From an uncultured Acidimicrobiia bacterium (GTDB lineage Bacteria; Actinomycetota; Acidimicrobiia; Acidimicrobiales; AC-14): DNA of 64,000 bases. The stretch is from contig CAWIIV010000024.1 in assembly GCA_963836205.1 (NCBI GenBank), positions 128,001 to 192,000 on the forward strand. Reading direction: 5' to 3'. The notes below the pieces were generated by a model that saw nothing but the letters and a program-made list of their open reading frames with translations, did not search any database and was not told where the DNA came from. This document shows positions 49,018 to 61,274 of the stretch, piece after piece (the stretch's first letter is position 1; every line of letters starts with the position of its first letter). The position numbers were made by a program, and so were the translations under genes.

Positions 49018-50029
49018 CGGTCGTGGTGTGCACCAGGTCGACGACCCGCCGCAGGATGTCGGGGTCGGTCTCGGGGAGGACGCCCCACCCGAGGTTGAAC
49101 ACGTGGCCGGGGCGGCCGCCGTTGGCGTCGAGGACGGCCCGGGTGGCGGCGGCGGCCGTGTCCCAGTCGGCCAGGCACACGGTGGGGTCGAGGTTGCCCT
49201 GCACGCTCACGTCGGGGCCGAGTCGAGCCCGGGCCTGCGCCAACGGCACCCGCCAGTCGACCCCCACCACGTCGGCCCCGGCCTCGTGCATGACCTCCAG
49301 CAGCTCGCCCGTCCCCACGCCGAAGTGGATGCGGGGCACGCCCAGGTCGGCCAGCCCGCCCAGCACCTTGCGGGAGGCCGGCAGCACGTGGCGGCGGTAG
49401 TCGGACGGGCTGAGCACGCCGGCCCACGAGTCGAACAGCTGGACGGCGGCCGCCCCCGCTCCCACCTGGGCCCGCAGCGAGGCCAGCACGATGTCGGCCA
49501 ATCGATCGAGCAGGTCGGCCCACAGCGCGGGCTGCGAGTGCATGAACGCCTTGGCCTTGGTCTGCTCCTTGGACGACCCGATGAGGTAGGTGGCGAGGGT
49601 GAACGGCCCCCCCGCGAACCCGATCAACGGCACGTCGAGCTCGGCGACCAGCAGCTTCACCGTCTCCAACACGTAGGGCATGTCGGACTCGGGCTCCAAC
49701 GGCCGCAGCCGGTCGAGGTCGGCGGCCGTCCGGAACGGCTCCGCCACCACCGGGCCCGGGGCCAGGTCGATCTCCACCCCAATGGCGGTCAACGGCACGA
49801 CGATGTCGGAGAACAGGATGGCGGCATCGACGCCGAGGCGCCGCACCGGCTGCATCGTCACCTCCGCCGCCAGCTCCGGCGTGCGGATGACGTCGAACAT
49901 GCCGTGCTGCTCCCGGATGGCCCGGTACTCGGGCAGCGACCGTCCCGCCTGGCGCATGAACCAGACCGGCGTGCGGGCCGCGGGCTTCCCCCAACAGGTG
50001 TCGACGAAGGTGGAGGTCGAGGCGGGCAT
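49010..50029 (-). CDS. hemE: uroporphyrinogen decarboxylase
   Basis: PVWFMRQAGRSLPEY, DAAILFSDI, QLFDSW, QGNLDP. Confidence 0.95.
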   Translation of the reverse strand: MPASTSTFVDTCWGKPAARTPVWFMRQAGRSLPEYRAIREQHGMFDVIRTPELAAEVTMQPVRRLGVDAAILFSDIVVPLTAIGVEIDLAPGPVVAEPFRTAADLDRLRPLEPESDMPYVLETVKLLVAELDVPLIGFAGGPFTLATYLIGSSKEQTKAKAFMHSQPALWADLLDRLADIVLASLRAQVGAGAAAVQLFDSWAGVLSPSDYRRHVLPASRKVLGGLADLGVPRIHFGVGTGELLEVMHEAGADVVGVDWRVPLAQARARLGPDVSVQGNLDPTVCLADWDTAAAATRAVLDANGGRPGHVFNLGWGVLPETDPDILRRVVDLVHTTTGG

Positions 50030-50047
50030 GCCGCCCCGACCCTACCG

Positions 50048-50893
50048 TCACCCCCGCTGGTACCGGCGAGCGGCGAGGGGGGCGAAGAGGGCGGCGAAGA
50101 CGAGCGACCACAGCAGCGACCGCACCGCGAAGTACCCCGCGGGATGGCCGAGGACGGCCTCCGCCTTGTCGCCCAGGGAGAAGGCCCGCACCGCGTTGAC
50201 CAGTTGGGTGAGGGGTTGCTGCTCGGCGAAGGGCTGCATCCAGCCCGGCATCGAGTCCACCGGCACGAAGGCGCTGGACACGAACGTGAACGGGAAGACC
50301 AGCAGGCCGATGCTCTGGGCCGCCTGGGGGGTGCCGGCCATGATGCCCAGCCACACGAACAGCCAGGTGAAGGCGAAGGCGGCAATCACGCACAGGGCCA
50401 CCGCGGCCAGCAGGCTGAGGATGGCGGCCGACGTGCGGAAGCCCACCGCGAAGCCGACCGCGGTCGTCACCGCCAGGCCGATGACGCCCAGGGAGGTGTC
50501 GGCCACGACCCGCCCGGAGACGACGCCCAGGCGGGGCACGGGCAAGGACCGCAGCCGGTCGAACAGGCCCTCGTTGAGGTCCTCGGCCGCGCCGATGGAG
50601 GCGGTCATGCCCGAGAACAGCACGCCCGTGCCCACGAAGCCGGGGACGAGGAAGTCGACGTAACGGATCCCGCCGATGGGGATGGCGCCGCCGAACACGT
50701 ACCGGAAGATGAGCAGGAACATGGCGCCCTGGATCATCCCGATCACGAAGACCTGGGGCGTCCGCACGTTGCGCAGGACCGTGCGCCGGGCGATGCCCAA
50801 GGTGGTGACCAGGAAACCGGCCGGCTTGGCCGGACGGGGGAGATCGATCCCGGGCTCGAGCCCGTCGGTGACGGCGGGGGTGGTGGCAGTCAT
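50048..50893 (-). CDS. ABC-2 (DrrB-like) permease
   Basis: FRYVFGG, GLFDRLRSLP, FVSSAFVPVDSMPGWMQ. Confidence 0.9.
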   Translation of the reverse strand: MTATTPAVTDGLEPGIDLPRPAKPAGFLVTTLGIARRTVLRNVRTPQVFVIGMIQGAMFLLIFRYVFGGAIPIGGIRYVDFLVPGFVGTGVLFSGMTASIGAAEDLNEGLFDRLRSLPVPRLGVVSGRVVADTSLGVIGLAVTTAVGFAVGFRTSAAILSLLAAVALCVIAAFAFTWLFVWLGIMAGTPQAAQSIGLLVFPFTFVSSAFVPVDSMPGWMQPFAEQQPLTQLVNAVRAFSLGDKAEAVLGHPAGYFAVRSLLWSLVFAALFAPLAARRYQRG

Positions 50894-50907
50894 GTCGTCT
50901 CGTCCTC

Positions 50908-51912
50908 CTATGCCGCGGGGCGGCCGCGCTTGCGGCCGGTGGTGGGGGCCGACTCGTCCGGCGTCTCCTCCGCCCGACGGCCGGTGAGCTTGAGGAACAC
51001 CTCGTCGAGGGTCGCCCGGCGCAGGCCGACGTCGGCCACCTGCACCCCCAGCGAGTCGAGGATCCGCACCGTCTCCAGGAGTTGGGCGGAGCCCTCGGCG
51101 ACGGGGATGGCGACCGACCGGGTGGGAACGTCGACCCGGGGCGGCTCCATCCCGAGGGGAGCCAGGGCGGCCACCACCCGTTCGAGGTCGGCCGGGTCGG
51201 TGACGTGGACCTGGACCACGTCGACTCCGCCGAGCGACTTGAGCTGGTCGGAGGAACCCTCGGCGATGACCTTGCCGTGGTCGATGATGGCGATGTGGGA
51301 GGCCAGGTGGTCGGCCTCGTCGAGGTACTGGGTGGTGAGCAGCACGTCGGTGCCCGACGCCACCAGATCGCGGATGATCTCCCACAGCTCGTTGCGGCTG
51401 CGGGGGTCGAGGCCGGTGGTGGGCTCGTCGAGCAGCAGCAGCGCGGGTGCCCCCACCAGGCTGGCGCCCAGGTCGAGCTTGCGGCGCATGCCGCCGGAGT
51501 AGGTGCGCACCAGGCGGTCGGCGGCGTCGGCCAGCCCCAGCCGGCCGAGCACCACCTTGGCGCTGGCCTCGGCCTGCTTGGTGTCGTGGCCGAAGAGACG
51601 GCCGATGAGCACCAGGTTCTCCCGTCCCGACATGGCCCCCTCGACCGCGGCCGACTGGCCGGCCAGGCCGATGACCCGGCGGACCTTGGCCGGCTCGGCC
51701 AGGGCGTCGATGCCGCCCACGGTGAGCGTGCCCGCGTCGGGCAGGAGAAGGGTGGCCACCATGCGGATGAAGGTGGTCTTGCCCGCCCCGTTGGGACCGA
51801 GGATGGCCGTGACCTGGCCCCGTTCGGCCACCAGGTCGAGCCCGGCCAGGGCCTCGGTCTTCTTGAACCGCTTGGTGAGCCCGTGGGCTTCGATGATGGG
51901 CGGCATCGTCAT
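50908..51912 (-). CDS. DrrA-like ABC ATP-binding protein
   Basis: GPNGAGKTT, YSGGMRRKLD, LDEPTTGLDP, TTQYLDEA. Confidence 0.92.
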   Translation of the reverse strand: MTMPPIIEAHGLTKRFKKTEALAGLDLVAERGQVTAILGPNGAGKTTFIRMVATLLLPDAGTLTVGGIDALAEPAKVRRVIGLAGQSAAVEGAMSGRENLVLIGRLFGHDTKQAEASAKVVLGRLGLADAADRLVRTYSGGMRRKLDLGASLVGAPALLLLDEPTTGLDPRSRNELWEIIRDLVASGTDVLLTTQYLDEADHLASHIAIIDHGKVIAEGSSDQLKSLGGVDVVQVHVTDPADLERVVAALAPLGMEPPRVDVPTRSVAIPVAEGSAQLLETVRILDSLGVQVADVGLRRATLDEVFLKLTGRRAEETPDESAPTTGRKRGRPAA

Positions 51913-52631
51913 CGCTCCTGACTGGGTTCGGGGTTGGTGAGGTCGGTGGGGCATTTCGGGTCGGGCGGGGGTCCGGCGCGGTCGGCGCGGTCGGCGTCGT
52001 CGGCCCGCTCGCCGCCGGGGGCATACCAGCTGCGCCACTCGTCGAGGCCGCTCAGCTCGCCCGACTCGAGGTCCTTCGCCAGCCGCTCCACGTAGTCGAG
52101 CTCGGCTCGGCGCAGCGCCTGCACATACTCCGTCTCCAGGGCGAACAGTCGGGGCAGGCCGTGGGACCGGGCCGCGGCCACCGCCCCGTCGAGGAGGGCG
52201 ATCTCGATCTCCAGGGCCCTGGCCCGCTGGAGGAGGGCGTCGAGGGCCTCGTCCGGGGGCAGGGCGGGGAGCAGGCTGAGGGCGGCCTCGAACTGGAGGT
52301 ACTCCTTCACCGGCGCCGCCAGCAGCTCCGAAAGCCAGTCGGACATCTCCCGCATTCCGGCGTCGGTGATCTCGTAGATCGTGCGCTCGGGCCGCCGCCC
52401 GGCCCGGACGGTCTCCCGGGCCCGGATCAGGTCCCGCTTCTCGAGGGCCTCGACCACGCCGTAGAGGGAGCCGTAGTTGAGGCGGATGCTCTCGTGCTTG
52501 GCCCGGTGGCGGAGGGTCTGGGCCACCTCGTAGGGGTGCATCGGCTTCTCCAGGAAGCACGTGAGCACGGCCAGGGCCAGCGGGTTCGAGCGGGCGCCGC
52601 GGAACGACACTCGGACAGAATACCCGCCCAC
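51909..52631 (-). CDS. PadR-family transcriptional regulator
   Basis: PMHPYE, GSLYG, RPERTIYEITDAG; start uncertain. Confidence 0.87.
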   Translation of the reverse strand: MGGYSVRVSFRGARSNPLALAVLTCFLEKPMHPYEVAQTLRHRAKHESIRLNYGSLYGVVEALEKRDLIRARETVRAGRRPERTIYEITDAGMREMSDWLSELLAAPVKEYLQFEAALSLLPALPPDEALDALLQRARALEIEIALLDGAVAAARSHGLPRLFALETEYVQALRRAELDYVERLAKDLESGELSGLDEWRSWYAPGGERADDADRADRAGPPPDPKCPTDLTNPEPSQER

Positions 52632-52752
52632 AAGTACTCGTCAAGGGATATGTGGTTTGGACGCGAGGGCTGCGGCCCGATCGCCAACCTTAACGTCGGT
52701 CAGGCGGGCGACCTGCCCGGCGAGCGGCGAGAGGGTCGGGTCCGGCGGCACC

Positions 52753-53193
52753 TCAGCCGGCGGGCTCCCAGATGAGCTCGGCCACCTCGACGGCCACGAC
52801 GAAGCCGCTCCCGTCGGCGGCCGGCCGGACCTCGCCGGCGAGGGTGCAGACGGCGTCGTTCAGCCCGCGGTAGCGGGGGTCGTCGCTCAGATGGGTGAGG
52901 CTGCCGACCAGCCGTCCTGGCCCGCCGTCCACCGCCGAGCCGTACCCGTGCCAGGCGAACAGGACCGTGGCGCCGTCGTCGGTCTCGATCACGCCCCGGA
53001 AGTCCGGGGTGAGCGTGCCGTCGGTGCGCTTGCGGGGGTAGTTGGCGGCGCGGAGGCGCCCGGAGAGTCGTCCCTCCGAGCGCCCCTCCACCAGCAGGAA
53101 GCCCTGTCCCTCCACACCGTGGGCCCCGGCCAGCTCGACGCTCCACCGTTCGGTGGGCGCGAACGTGGCCCGGTACAGGGGTTCGAGGCGCAT
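52753..53193 (-). CDS. DUF3237-like beta-barrel protein
   Basis: GRLSGRL, IETDDGATV, DPRYRGLN. Confidence 0.65.
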   Translation of the reverse strand: MRLEPLYRATFAPTERWSVELAGAHGVEGQGFLLVEGRSEGRLSGRLRAANYPRKRTDGTLTPDFRGVIETDDGATVLFAWHGYGSAVDGGPGRLVGSLTHLSDDPRYRGLNDAVCTLAGEVRPAADGSGFVVAVEVAELIWEPAG

Positions 53194-53203
53194 CGCTCCG
53201 GCT

Positions 53204-54229
53204 TCAGCCGGCGGCCAGGCCGCCGACCGTCGCCGGTAGGCCCCCCTCGGCCGTCGAGCCGGCGGGCGTCAGTGACCCGTCGCCGTCGACCGCCCAGCCG
53301 TAGACGCTGCCCGAGTCGGCGTCGAGGGCGTACAGAAACGCCCCGTCGCCGGTGAGGCCGAGATCGCGCAGGCCGGTGCGGCCGTCGACGGTGACGCCGG
53401 CGGTCGCGTCCTCCAGGGTGAGGCTGCCGTCGGTGTCGATCCGGTACCGGGACACGGCCCCGTCGGCGAAGTTGGTGGTGAACGCGTGGCGGCCGTCGGC
53501 GGTCACGACCGCCCAGCAGATCTCGCTGCGCCCGTTGCCGACCGACTGCGTCACGGGGGTGATGGTCGCGCCGTCGACCGAGTACGACGAGGCCGCGGCC
53601 GCCCCCTTCCGGGCGCCGAACGCCTCCGTGACGACCAGGGTGCCGTCGCTGGTGATGGCGAAGCCGTAGGGCGTCGGCCCCGACGACTCCACCGCGTGGA
53701 GCGACCCGAGGGTCCCGTCGGTGCCGACGGCGAAGGAGGAGATCGAGTTCGCCCCCCGCTCGGTGACGACGAGCGTGGACCCGTCCGCCGTGAACCCGAC
53801 CTGGGCACCGTCGGCGTCGGGCGCCGACAACGACGTCTCCCCGCCTGCGATCGGCTTGAGGCCACCCTCGCCCAGCCGGAAGCCGGTCACCATGGCCGTG
53901 CCGGTGTTGAGGACGTAGACGAGGCCGCCGTGCTCGGCCACGCTCTTGGGCGCGCTACCGGAGGGGGTCCGCCCGGCCGCCTCCAGCTCGCCGCCGGCGC
54001 CCACCGTGAAGACGGTGACGTCGTCGCTGGCCGCGTTGGTGACGACGAGGTGCCGTCCGTCCCCGGACAGGACCACCGAGCCCTGCGACGTGAGGTGGGG
54101 CTTGTCGTCTCCGGACCCGCCGGTGGGGTAGGAACCGATCACGGTCAGGCTGCCGTCGCCTTCCCGGCGGAACGCGACCACCCGGTTCTCCTGCTCGTTC
54201 GTCTGCACGTACACCGTGGCATCGGACAC
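53204..54229 (-). CDS. lactonase-family 7-bladed beta-propeller protein
   Basis: VYVQTN, SQGSVVLS, repeated blades, ICWAVVT. Confidence 0.8.
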   Translation of the reverse strand: MSDATVYVQTNEQENRVVAFRREGDGSLTVIGSYPTGGSGDDKPHLTSQGSVVLSGDGRHLVVTNAASDDVTVFTVGAGGELEAAGRTPSGSAPKSVAEHGGLVYVLNTGTAMVTGFRLGEGGLKPIAGGETSLSAPDADGAQVGFTADGSTLVVTERGANSISSFAVGTDGTLGSLHAVESSGPTPYGFAITSDGTLVVTEAFGARKGAAAASSYSVDGATITPVTQSVGNGRSEICWAVVTADGRHAFTTNFADGAVSRYRIDTDGSLTLEDATAGVTVDGRTGLRDLGLTGDGAFLYALDADSGSVYGWAVDGDGSLTPAGSTAEGGLPATVGGLAAG

Positions 54230-54383
54230 GTCGCCTCCACTTCACTCCTCGGGTTGACGGGCTGTCGTCCGGCGGGGGTGGGGCCGCGTTACACGAAACT
54301 GATTCTCAAGCGGGAGGCGGGGCCGGGCTGCGTCGGGGCCGAGGCAGGCCTCCGGGACCGCAGCCGGTGTGTGCCAAGCTGGG

Positions 54384-56219
<1,836 letters not shown>

Positions 56220-56224
56220 ACGAG

Positions 56225-56800
56225 ATGCCCGAGACGTGCGCCCTTTGCGGCGGGGAGGCCGGCCAGTCCGAATACGGGCTGGTCAGCTGGCCCGCCCTCC
56301 CCGACATCGGCTGGCACTACGAGTGCATGGCCACGCCCGAGGGGGCGGAGTGGTTCGCCGGCCAGCGGGCGGCGCACCCCCTCCTCGACCGCCAGGTCAC
56401 GCTCCGCACGCTCCGGGTGCAGCAGGAGTGCGAGTGGTGCCACGAGGTGCAGCTGGTGAGCCCCACCGCCATCGGCCACAACGTCACCGGCTGGTGGATC
56501 ACGTGCGACTCGTGCCCCACCCCGTGGCGGGACGCGGTCAACGGGTGGGACAACGAGGACGTCATCCGCAAGCTGTGGGGCCTCCGCCTGCGCTACGAGG
56601 TCGACGACTGGGACGACGCGGCCGAGGCCGAGCTGGCCGCCCTCGACGAGATCCTGCCCAGCGCCTTCCGCAAGTGCGGGGCCTGCGGCGGACAGTTCAG
56701 CTTCGCCTCCCGGGTGCGGTGCGTGGAATGCGCGGCCCTGCTGCCCATCGACTCCTGGTTCCACTACAGCTACCAGCCGGAGGATGACGAGGAGGAAGGT
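56225..56800 (+). CDS. Cys-rich (multi-CxxC) hypothetical protein, 3' end uncertain
   Basis: CALC, HYEC, CEWC, CDSC, CGAC, CVEC; frame runs on into the next gene with no nearby stop. Confidence 0.6.
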
Positions 56801-56804
56801 GACG

Positions 56805-57482
56805 ATGCTGTTGGCCGAGGAGCTGGCGTTGGTGGCCGTGAACCCGGACACGGGACGCCACGCCACCGGCAACCGATCCCACCTCAACGCCTGCCTGGCC
56901 GGGCTCCTCGTGGCCGAGCTGGTGTTGGACGGGGCGGTCGCTCCGGGGGACCCCGCCGGGCAGGTGGTGGTCACCAGCCGGAAGGCCCCCGACTCGCCCA
57001 CATTGGCCGCCGCGGCCCAGGTCGTGGCCGAGAAGGCGCCCAAGCTGAAGGCGGTTCTTCAGCACATGAGCCGCGGCCTCGAGGGCCAGCTCGGCCTCGG
57101 CACCTGGGACGTGATCGTCGCCGGGCTGGTGGCCGACGGCGCCCTGGCCCCGACCGAGGGCTCGATCCGGCCCAGGACCGACGTCCTCGACGCCCGCCGC
57201 CGCGACGGTGTGGTCGCCCGGTTGCAGTCCGCGGCCAACAGCGACGCGCCGATGGACCCTCGCACTGCACTGGTCCTCAACATGGCCGGCCCGGCCAACC
57301 TCTTGGAGGTGGTGGCGCCCGAGCGGGGTATCCGGAGGCACGCCCGCCGCCGCATCGACCACGGGCTCGACGGCACCGACCTGGAGATCTTCGGCAAGAC
57401 CGTGCGCAAGCTGATCGCGGAGGCGGCTGCGGCCGCGTCGGCCACCGGGGCCGGGGGCGCGGTCGCCGCCAGCAGCGGCTGA
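56805..57482 (+). CDS. GPP34/GOLPH3-like protein
   Basis: MLLAEELALVA, LAGLLVAELVLDG, DPRTAL, Ala-rich C-terminus. Confidence 0.8.
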   Translation: MLLAEELALVAVNPDTGRHATGNRSHLNACLAGLLVAELVLDGAVAPGDPAGQVVVTSRKAPDSPTLAAAAQVVAEKAPKLKAVLQHMSRGLEGQLGLGTWDVIVAGLVADGALAPTEGSIRPRTDVLDARRRDGVVARLQSAANSDAPMDPRTALVLNMAGPANLLEVVAPERGIRRHARRRIDHGLDGTDLEIFGKTVRKLIAEAAAAASATGAGGAVAASSG

Positions 57483-57616
57483 CCGGATCGCCTCAGGCCG
57501 GATCGACTCAGGCCGGATCGACTCAGGCCGGATCGACTCAGGCCGGATCGACTCAGGCCGGATCGACTCAGGCCGGATCGACTCAGGCCGGATCGTCTCG
57601 GCCGGATCGACTCAGG
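57483..57616. repeat. 15-bp tandem repeat (VNTR), 9 units
   Basis: CCGGATCGACTCAGG x9 (units 1 and 8 degenerate) filling the gap between convergent genes; no spacers. Confidence 0.95.
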
Positions 57617-58524
57617 CGGGGCGGGTGACGTCCGGCTCGAGATAGATGATCCGGGCCTCGGGCACAGAGGTCCGCACCGACGTCTCCACCCGGTCGATGG
57701 CGTCCGCCACCTCCCGGAAGGCGAGGTCGGTGTCGAGCTCGATCTTGGCCGCCAGCAACAGCTCGTCGGGGCCGAGGTGTTGGGTGCGCATGTGGATCAC
57801 CCGTCGTACCCCGGGGTCGCCCTCGATGGCGGCGCGGATCTTGGCCACCATCTCGGGCGTCGCCGACTCGCCGATGAGGAGGCCCTTCATCTCGATCATG
57901 AGGATGACGGCGATCACGCCGAGGAGCACGCCGATGGCGAGGGTGCCGGCGGCGTCGAAGCGGGCGTTGCCGGTGATCTCGGCCAGACCGATGCCGGCGA
58001 GGGCGAAGCAGAGGCCGACCTCGGCGCCGATGTCCTCCAGCAGCACGACGGGCAGCTCGGGGATCTTCGAGTGGCGGATGAAGCTCCACCACGACTGGTC
58101 GCCCTTGGTGTGGCGGCTCTCCTTGATGGCCGTGCGCAGGGAGTAGGTCTCGAGGGCGATGGCCACGAGGAGGATCCCGACCGCGATCGGCACCGATCCG
58201 ATCTCGTGCGGGTGGCGCATCTTCTCATCACCCTCGAACAGGGCGAAGAGCGAGCCCAGGGTGAAGATGACCAGCGCCACGACGAACGACCAGAAGTACC
58301 GCTCCCGGCCGTAGCCGAAGGGGTGCTCGACGTCGGCCCGCCGCCGGGCGCGGTTGCCGCCCAGGAGCAGGAGACCCTGGTTGCTGCTGTCGGCCACCGA
58401 GTGGACGGCCTCGGCCAGCATCGACGTCGCCCCGGTGAGGAGGAAACCCGACGAACTTGGCGATGGCGATCCCCGCGTTGGCGAAGAAGGCGGCGATGAT
58501 GGCCTTGCGGCTGCCGTCCTGCAT
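57612..58524 (-). CDS. cation diffusion facilitator transporter, apparently frameshifted
   Basis: AIIAAFFANAGIAIAKF, then MLAEAVHSVADSSNQ, HPFGYGRERYFW, VLLED; extra base near 58445. Confidence 0.88.
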
Positions 58525-58535
58525 GGGGGCGGACC

Positions 58536-59147
58536 TTATCCGGCCGATACCTCGGTCAGCCTCTTTGCCACCGTGCGCAGGTCGTCGACGAAGGCGGCCA
58601 TCTCCCGGTGGCGGGCGTCGTCGTCGCGGGCCCGCAGGATCGACGACGGGTGGACGGTGGCGGTGATCGTGGGCCGGTCGGCCTGCTCGAAGAACTCGCC
58701 CCGGTGCTTGGTGACCCGGAAGTCCTTGCCCAGGAGGGCCTGGGCGGCGGTCGCGCCCAGGGCGACCACGATCTTCGGCTGGACGGCGGCGATCTCCGCC
58801 TCCAACCACGGCCGGCAGGCCTCGACCTCGGCCGCGTTCGGCTTCTGGTGGATGCGGCGCTTGCCCTTGGCCGTCCACTTGAAGTGCTTGACCGCGTTGG
58901 TGAGGTAGGTCGTGGCCCGGTCGATGCCGGCCTCGTCGAGGGCCTTGTCGAGAAGGGCGCCGGCGGGACCTACGAACGGGTGGCCCTCGACGTCCTCCCG
59001 GTCGCCGGGCTGCTCACCGACCAGCATCAGGCTGGCGTGTTCGGGCCCCTCGCCGAAGACGGTCTGGGTGCCCGTCCGCCACAGGTCGCACGCCTGGCAG
59101 CCGGCGGCGTCGGTGCGCAGCCCGTCGAGCGGCGTCGGCTCGGCCAC
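58536..59147 (-). CDS. udgX: UdgX family-4 uracil-DNA glycosylase-like protein
   Basis: CxxC Fe-S motif, GEQPG, TNAVKHF, signature KRRIH loop, HPSS. Confidence 0.9.
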   Translation of the reverse strand: MAEPTPLDGLRTDAAGCQACDLWRTGTQTVFGEGPEHASLMLVGEQPGDREDVEGHPFVGPAGALLDKALDEAGIDRATTYLTNAVKHFKWTAKGKRRIHQKPNAAEVEACRPWLEAEIAAVQPKIVVALGATAAQALLGKDFRVTKHRGEFFEQADRPTITATVHPSSILRARDDDARHREMAAFVDDLRTVAKRLTEVSAG

Positions 59148-59169
59148 GGTCGGGGCGCTACCCGGGGGC

Positions 59170-59661
59170 TCAGGTGAGCAAACGGCCCTGCTCGACCGCG
59201 GGGTAGCCCTCGGCGGCCAGGAGCGCCCGCTTGGCGTCGAGCCCGAGGCCGAACCCGCCCAGCCCGTTGGCCGCAACCACCCGGTGGCAGGGGACGATCA
59301 CCGGCACCCGGTTGCGCCCGAGGGCGCCGCCGACGGCCCGGGCAGCCCCCGGCTTGCCGATGGCCTCGGCCACCTCGCCGTAGGTCCAGGCGTCGCCCGG
59401 AGGGATGGCCCGGATGGCGGTGAGCACGGCCCGGTCGAACTCGGGCACCCCCCGCCAGTCGATCGGGACCGGCTGGCGGGTGAGCAGCTCGGGCGGCTGC
59501 TCGGCCCGGGTGACCGGGCGCCCGAACTGCTCCTTGAACCCAGCCTCGAACCGGGCCGCGTCGGTACCGGGCTCCACCCGGCACACCCCGTGGTCGTTCC
59601 ACGCCACGAAGGCGGGCCCCATGGGCGTGTCGAGGGCGATGTAGGCATCGTGGTCGGCCAT
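59170..59661 (-). CDS. ogt: methylated-DNA--protein-cysteine methyltransferase
   Basis: IPPG..TYGEVA, ARAVG, PCHRV. Confidence 0.92.
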   Translation of the reverse strand: MADHDAYIALDTPMGPAFVAWNDHGVCRVEPGTDAARFEAGFKEQFGRPVTRAEQPPELLTRQPVPIDWRGVPEFDRAVLTAIRAIPPGDAWTYGEVAEAIGKPGAARAVGGALGRNRVPVIVPCHRVVAANGLGGFGLGLDAKRALLAAEGYPAVEQGRLLT

Positions 59662-59691
59662 GCGACCAGTATGCCGGGAGGGTGCGACATC

Positions 59692-59747
59692 CGAACCGGT
59701 GACATTTTCGGTGCCTGGGGCCACCGGAAGTGTCCCCAGTTCGCAGG
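59692..59747. repeat. REP-like palindrome family B, copy 2
   Basis: CGAACCGGTGACA...TGTCCCCAGTTCGCAGG; inverted relative to 7983-8038. Confidence 0.6.
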
Positions 59748-59761
59748 CGGGCGCATCGGCG

Positions 59762-61219
59762 TCACCAGTTGGGGCGGATGCGGACCAGGCGGAGGACGTC
59801 GGTGACGGGGTCGGGATCCTTGGGCGATCCGACGAGGACGGCGACGACGTCGTCGGTCTTGACGATCCCGAGGTCGACCGCGGCCATGACCGCGAACCAC
59901 ACGATGTCGTCGGTGGTGCCCTGGCGCTCGGTGACGATCGGCGTGATGCCCCAGGCCACCGACAGCTGGCGGGCGGTGCGCAGCGACGGGGTGGCGGCCA
60001 GGATCGGCACCCGCGGCCGGAACCGGGAGATGGCTCGGGCCGTCGCCCCGCTGTTGGTGCAGGCGATGATGGCGGCGGCGTCGGAGTCGAGCGCGGCCCG
60101 CCAGGCAGCGGCCGACACCGCGGCGCTGATCCGGTCGAGGGCCGGCCCGCCCTTGACCCCGGCCAGCTGTTGCAGGCCCAGGTTGCGGCCCCAGGTCTCG
60201 TAGTCGAACTCCCGCTCGGCCCGGGTCGCGATCCGGGCCATCGCCCGCACCGCGGCGGCCGGGTCGTGGCCGATGGCCGTCTCCCCCGACAGCATCAACG
60301 CGCTCGTCCCGTCGAACACGGCGTTGGCCACGTCGCTGACCTCGGCGCGGGTCGGTGTGGGTGCCGAGATCATGGACTCGAGCATCTGGGTGGCGGTGAT
60401 CACCGGGCGGGCGTAGCTCACCCCGGTGAGGATGATCCGCTTCTGGTAGTGGGGGACGTCCTCCAGGTCGCAGCGCACGCCGAGGTCGCCCCGGGCCACC
60501 ATCACGCCGTCGGACGCGGCGATCACGTCGTTGATGGCGTCGACCGCCTCCTGGGTCTCGATCTTGGCCACCACCATGGGGCCGTCGGGACCCACCGCGT
60601 CCCGCACCCGCTCCACGTCGGCCGCCGAGCGCACGAACGACACCGCCACCGCGTCGACGCCTACCGCGTTCACCACCTCGAGCAGGCGCAGGTCCTCGGC
60701 GGTGGGGGTGGCGGGTGCCGGCCGTCCCGCGGGGAAGCTCACGCCCGGCCGGCCCCGCACCAGCCCGCCCGCCACCACGCTCGCCACCACCCGGCCCCTG
60801 CCGACGGACACCACCGAGAGCTGGATGCCGCCGTCGCCCAGCGCCACCCGGTCGCCGGACTGGACGTGGTCGAGCAGGTCGGGGTCGTCGACCGCGATGC
60901 GCCAGGCCACGCTCATCTCCGCGCCCGCCCCGGCGGGTACGAGCTCGGTGGTGTCGCCCTCGGTCAGGACGGCGCCGTCGTCGGGGAAGCTGGCCGCCCT
61001 CACCTTGGGGCCGGGGAGGTCGACGAGCACGCCCACGGTGCGGCCGACGTCGGCCGCCGCCCGCCGGACGAGGGCGATGCGCTCGACCGTCTCCGCCACC
61101 GGGCCGTGGGCCAGGGACAGGCGGGCCATGTCCATGCCGGCGGTCACCATCGCCCGGAGGGTGACGATGTCCTCCGAGGCGGGGCCGACGGTGGCGACGA
61201 TCTTGGTCCGGCGCTCCAC
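59762..61219 (-). CDS. pyk: pyruvate kinase
   Basis: RRTKIVATVGPAS, DLPGPK, AKIET, MVARGDLG, ATQMLESM, MLSGET. Confidence 0.95.
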   Translation of the reverse strand: MERRTKIVATVGPASEDIVTLRAMVTAGMDMARLSLAHGPVAETVERIALVRRAAADVGRTVGVLVDLPGPKVRAASFPDDGAVLTEGDTTELVPAGAGAEMSVAWRIAVDDPDLLDHVQSGDRVALGDGGIQLSVVSVGRGRVVASVVAGGLVRGRPGVSFPAGRPAPATPTAEDLRLLEVVNAVGVDAVAVSFVRSAADVERVRDAVGPDGPMVVAKIETQEAVDAINDVIAASDGVMVARGDLGVRCDLEDVPHYQKRIILTGVSYARPVITATQMLESMISAPTPTRAEVSDVANAVFDGTSALMLSGETAIGHDPAAAVRAMARIATRAEREFDYETWGRNLGLQQLAGVKGGPALDRISAAVSAAAWRAALDSDAAAIIACTNSGATARAISRFRPRVPILAATPSLRTARQLSVAWGITPIVTERQGTTDDIVWFAVMAAVDLGIVKTDDVVAVLVGSPKDPDPVTDVLRLVRIRPNW

Positions 61220-61274
61220 GGCCGCCAGGCTACGGCCCGCCCGGGAAGGGCTCAGACGCCTCTAGCCTGGACGC

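Noticed and set aside
57483-57616. Possible CRISPR array
   Set aside because: 15-bp units are directly adjacent with no unique spacers, and no cas genes are present
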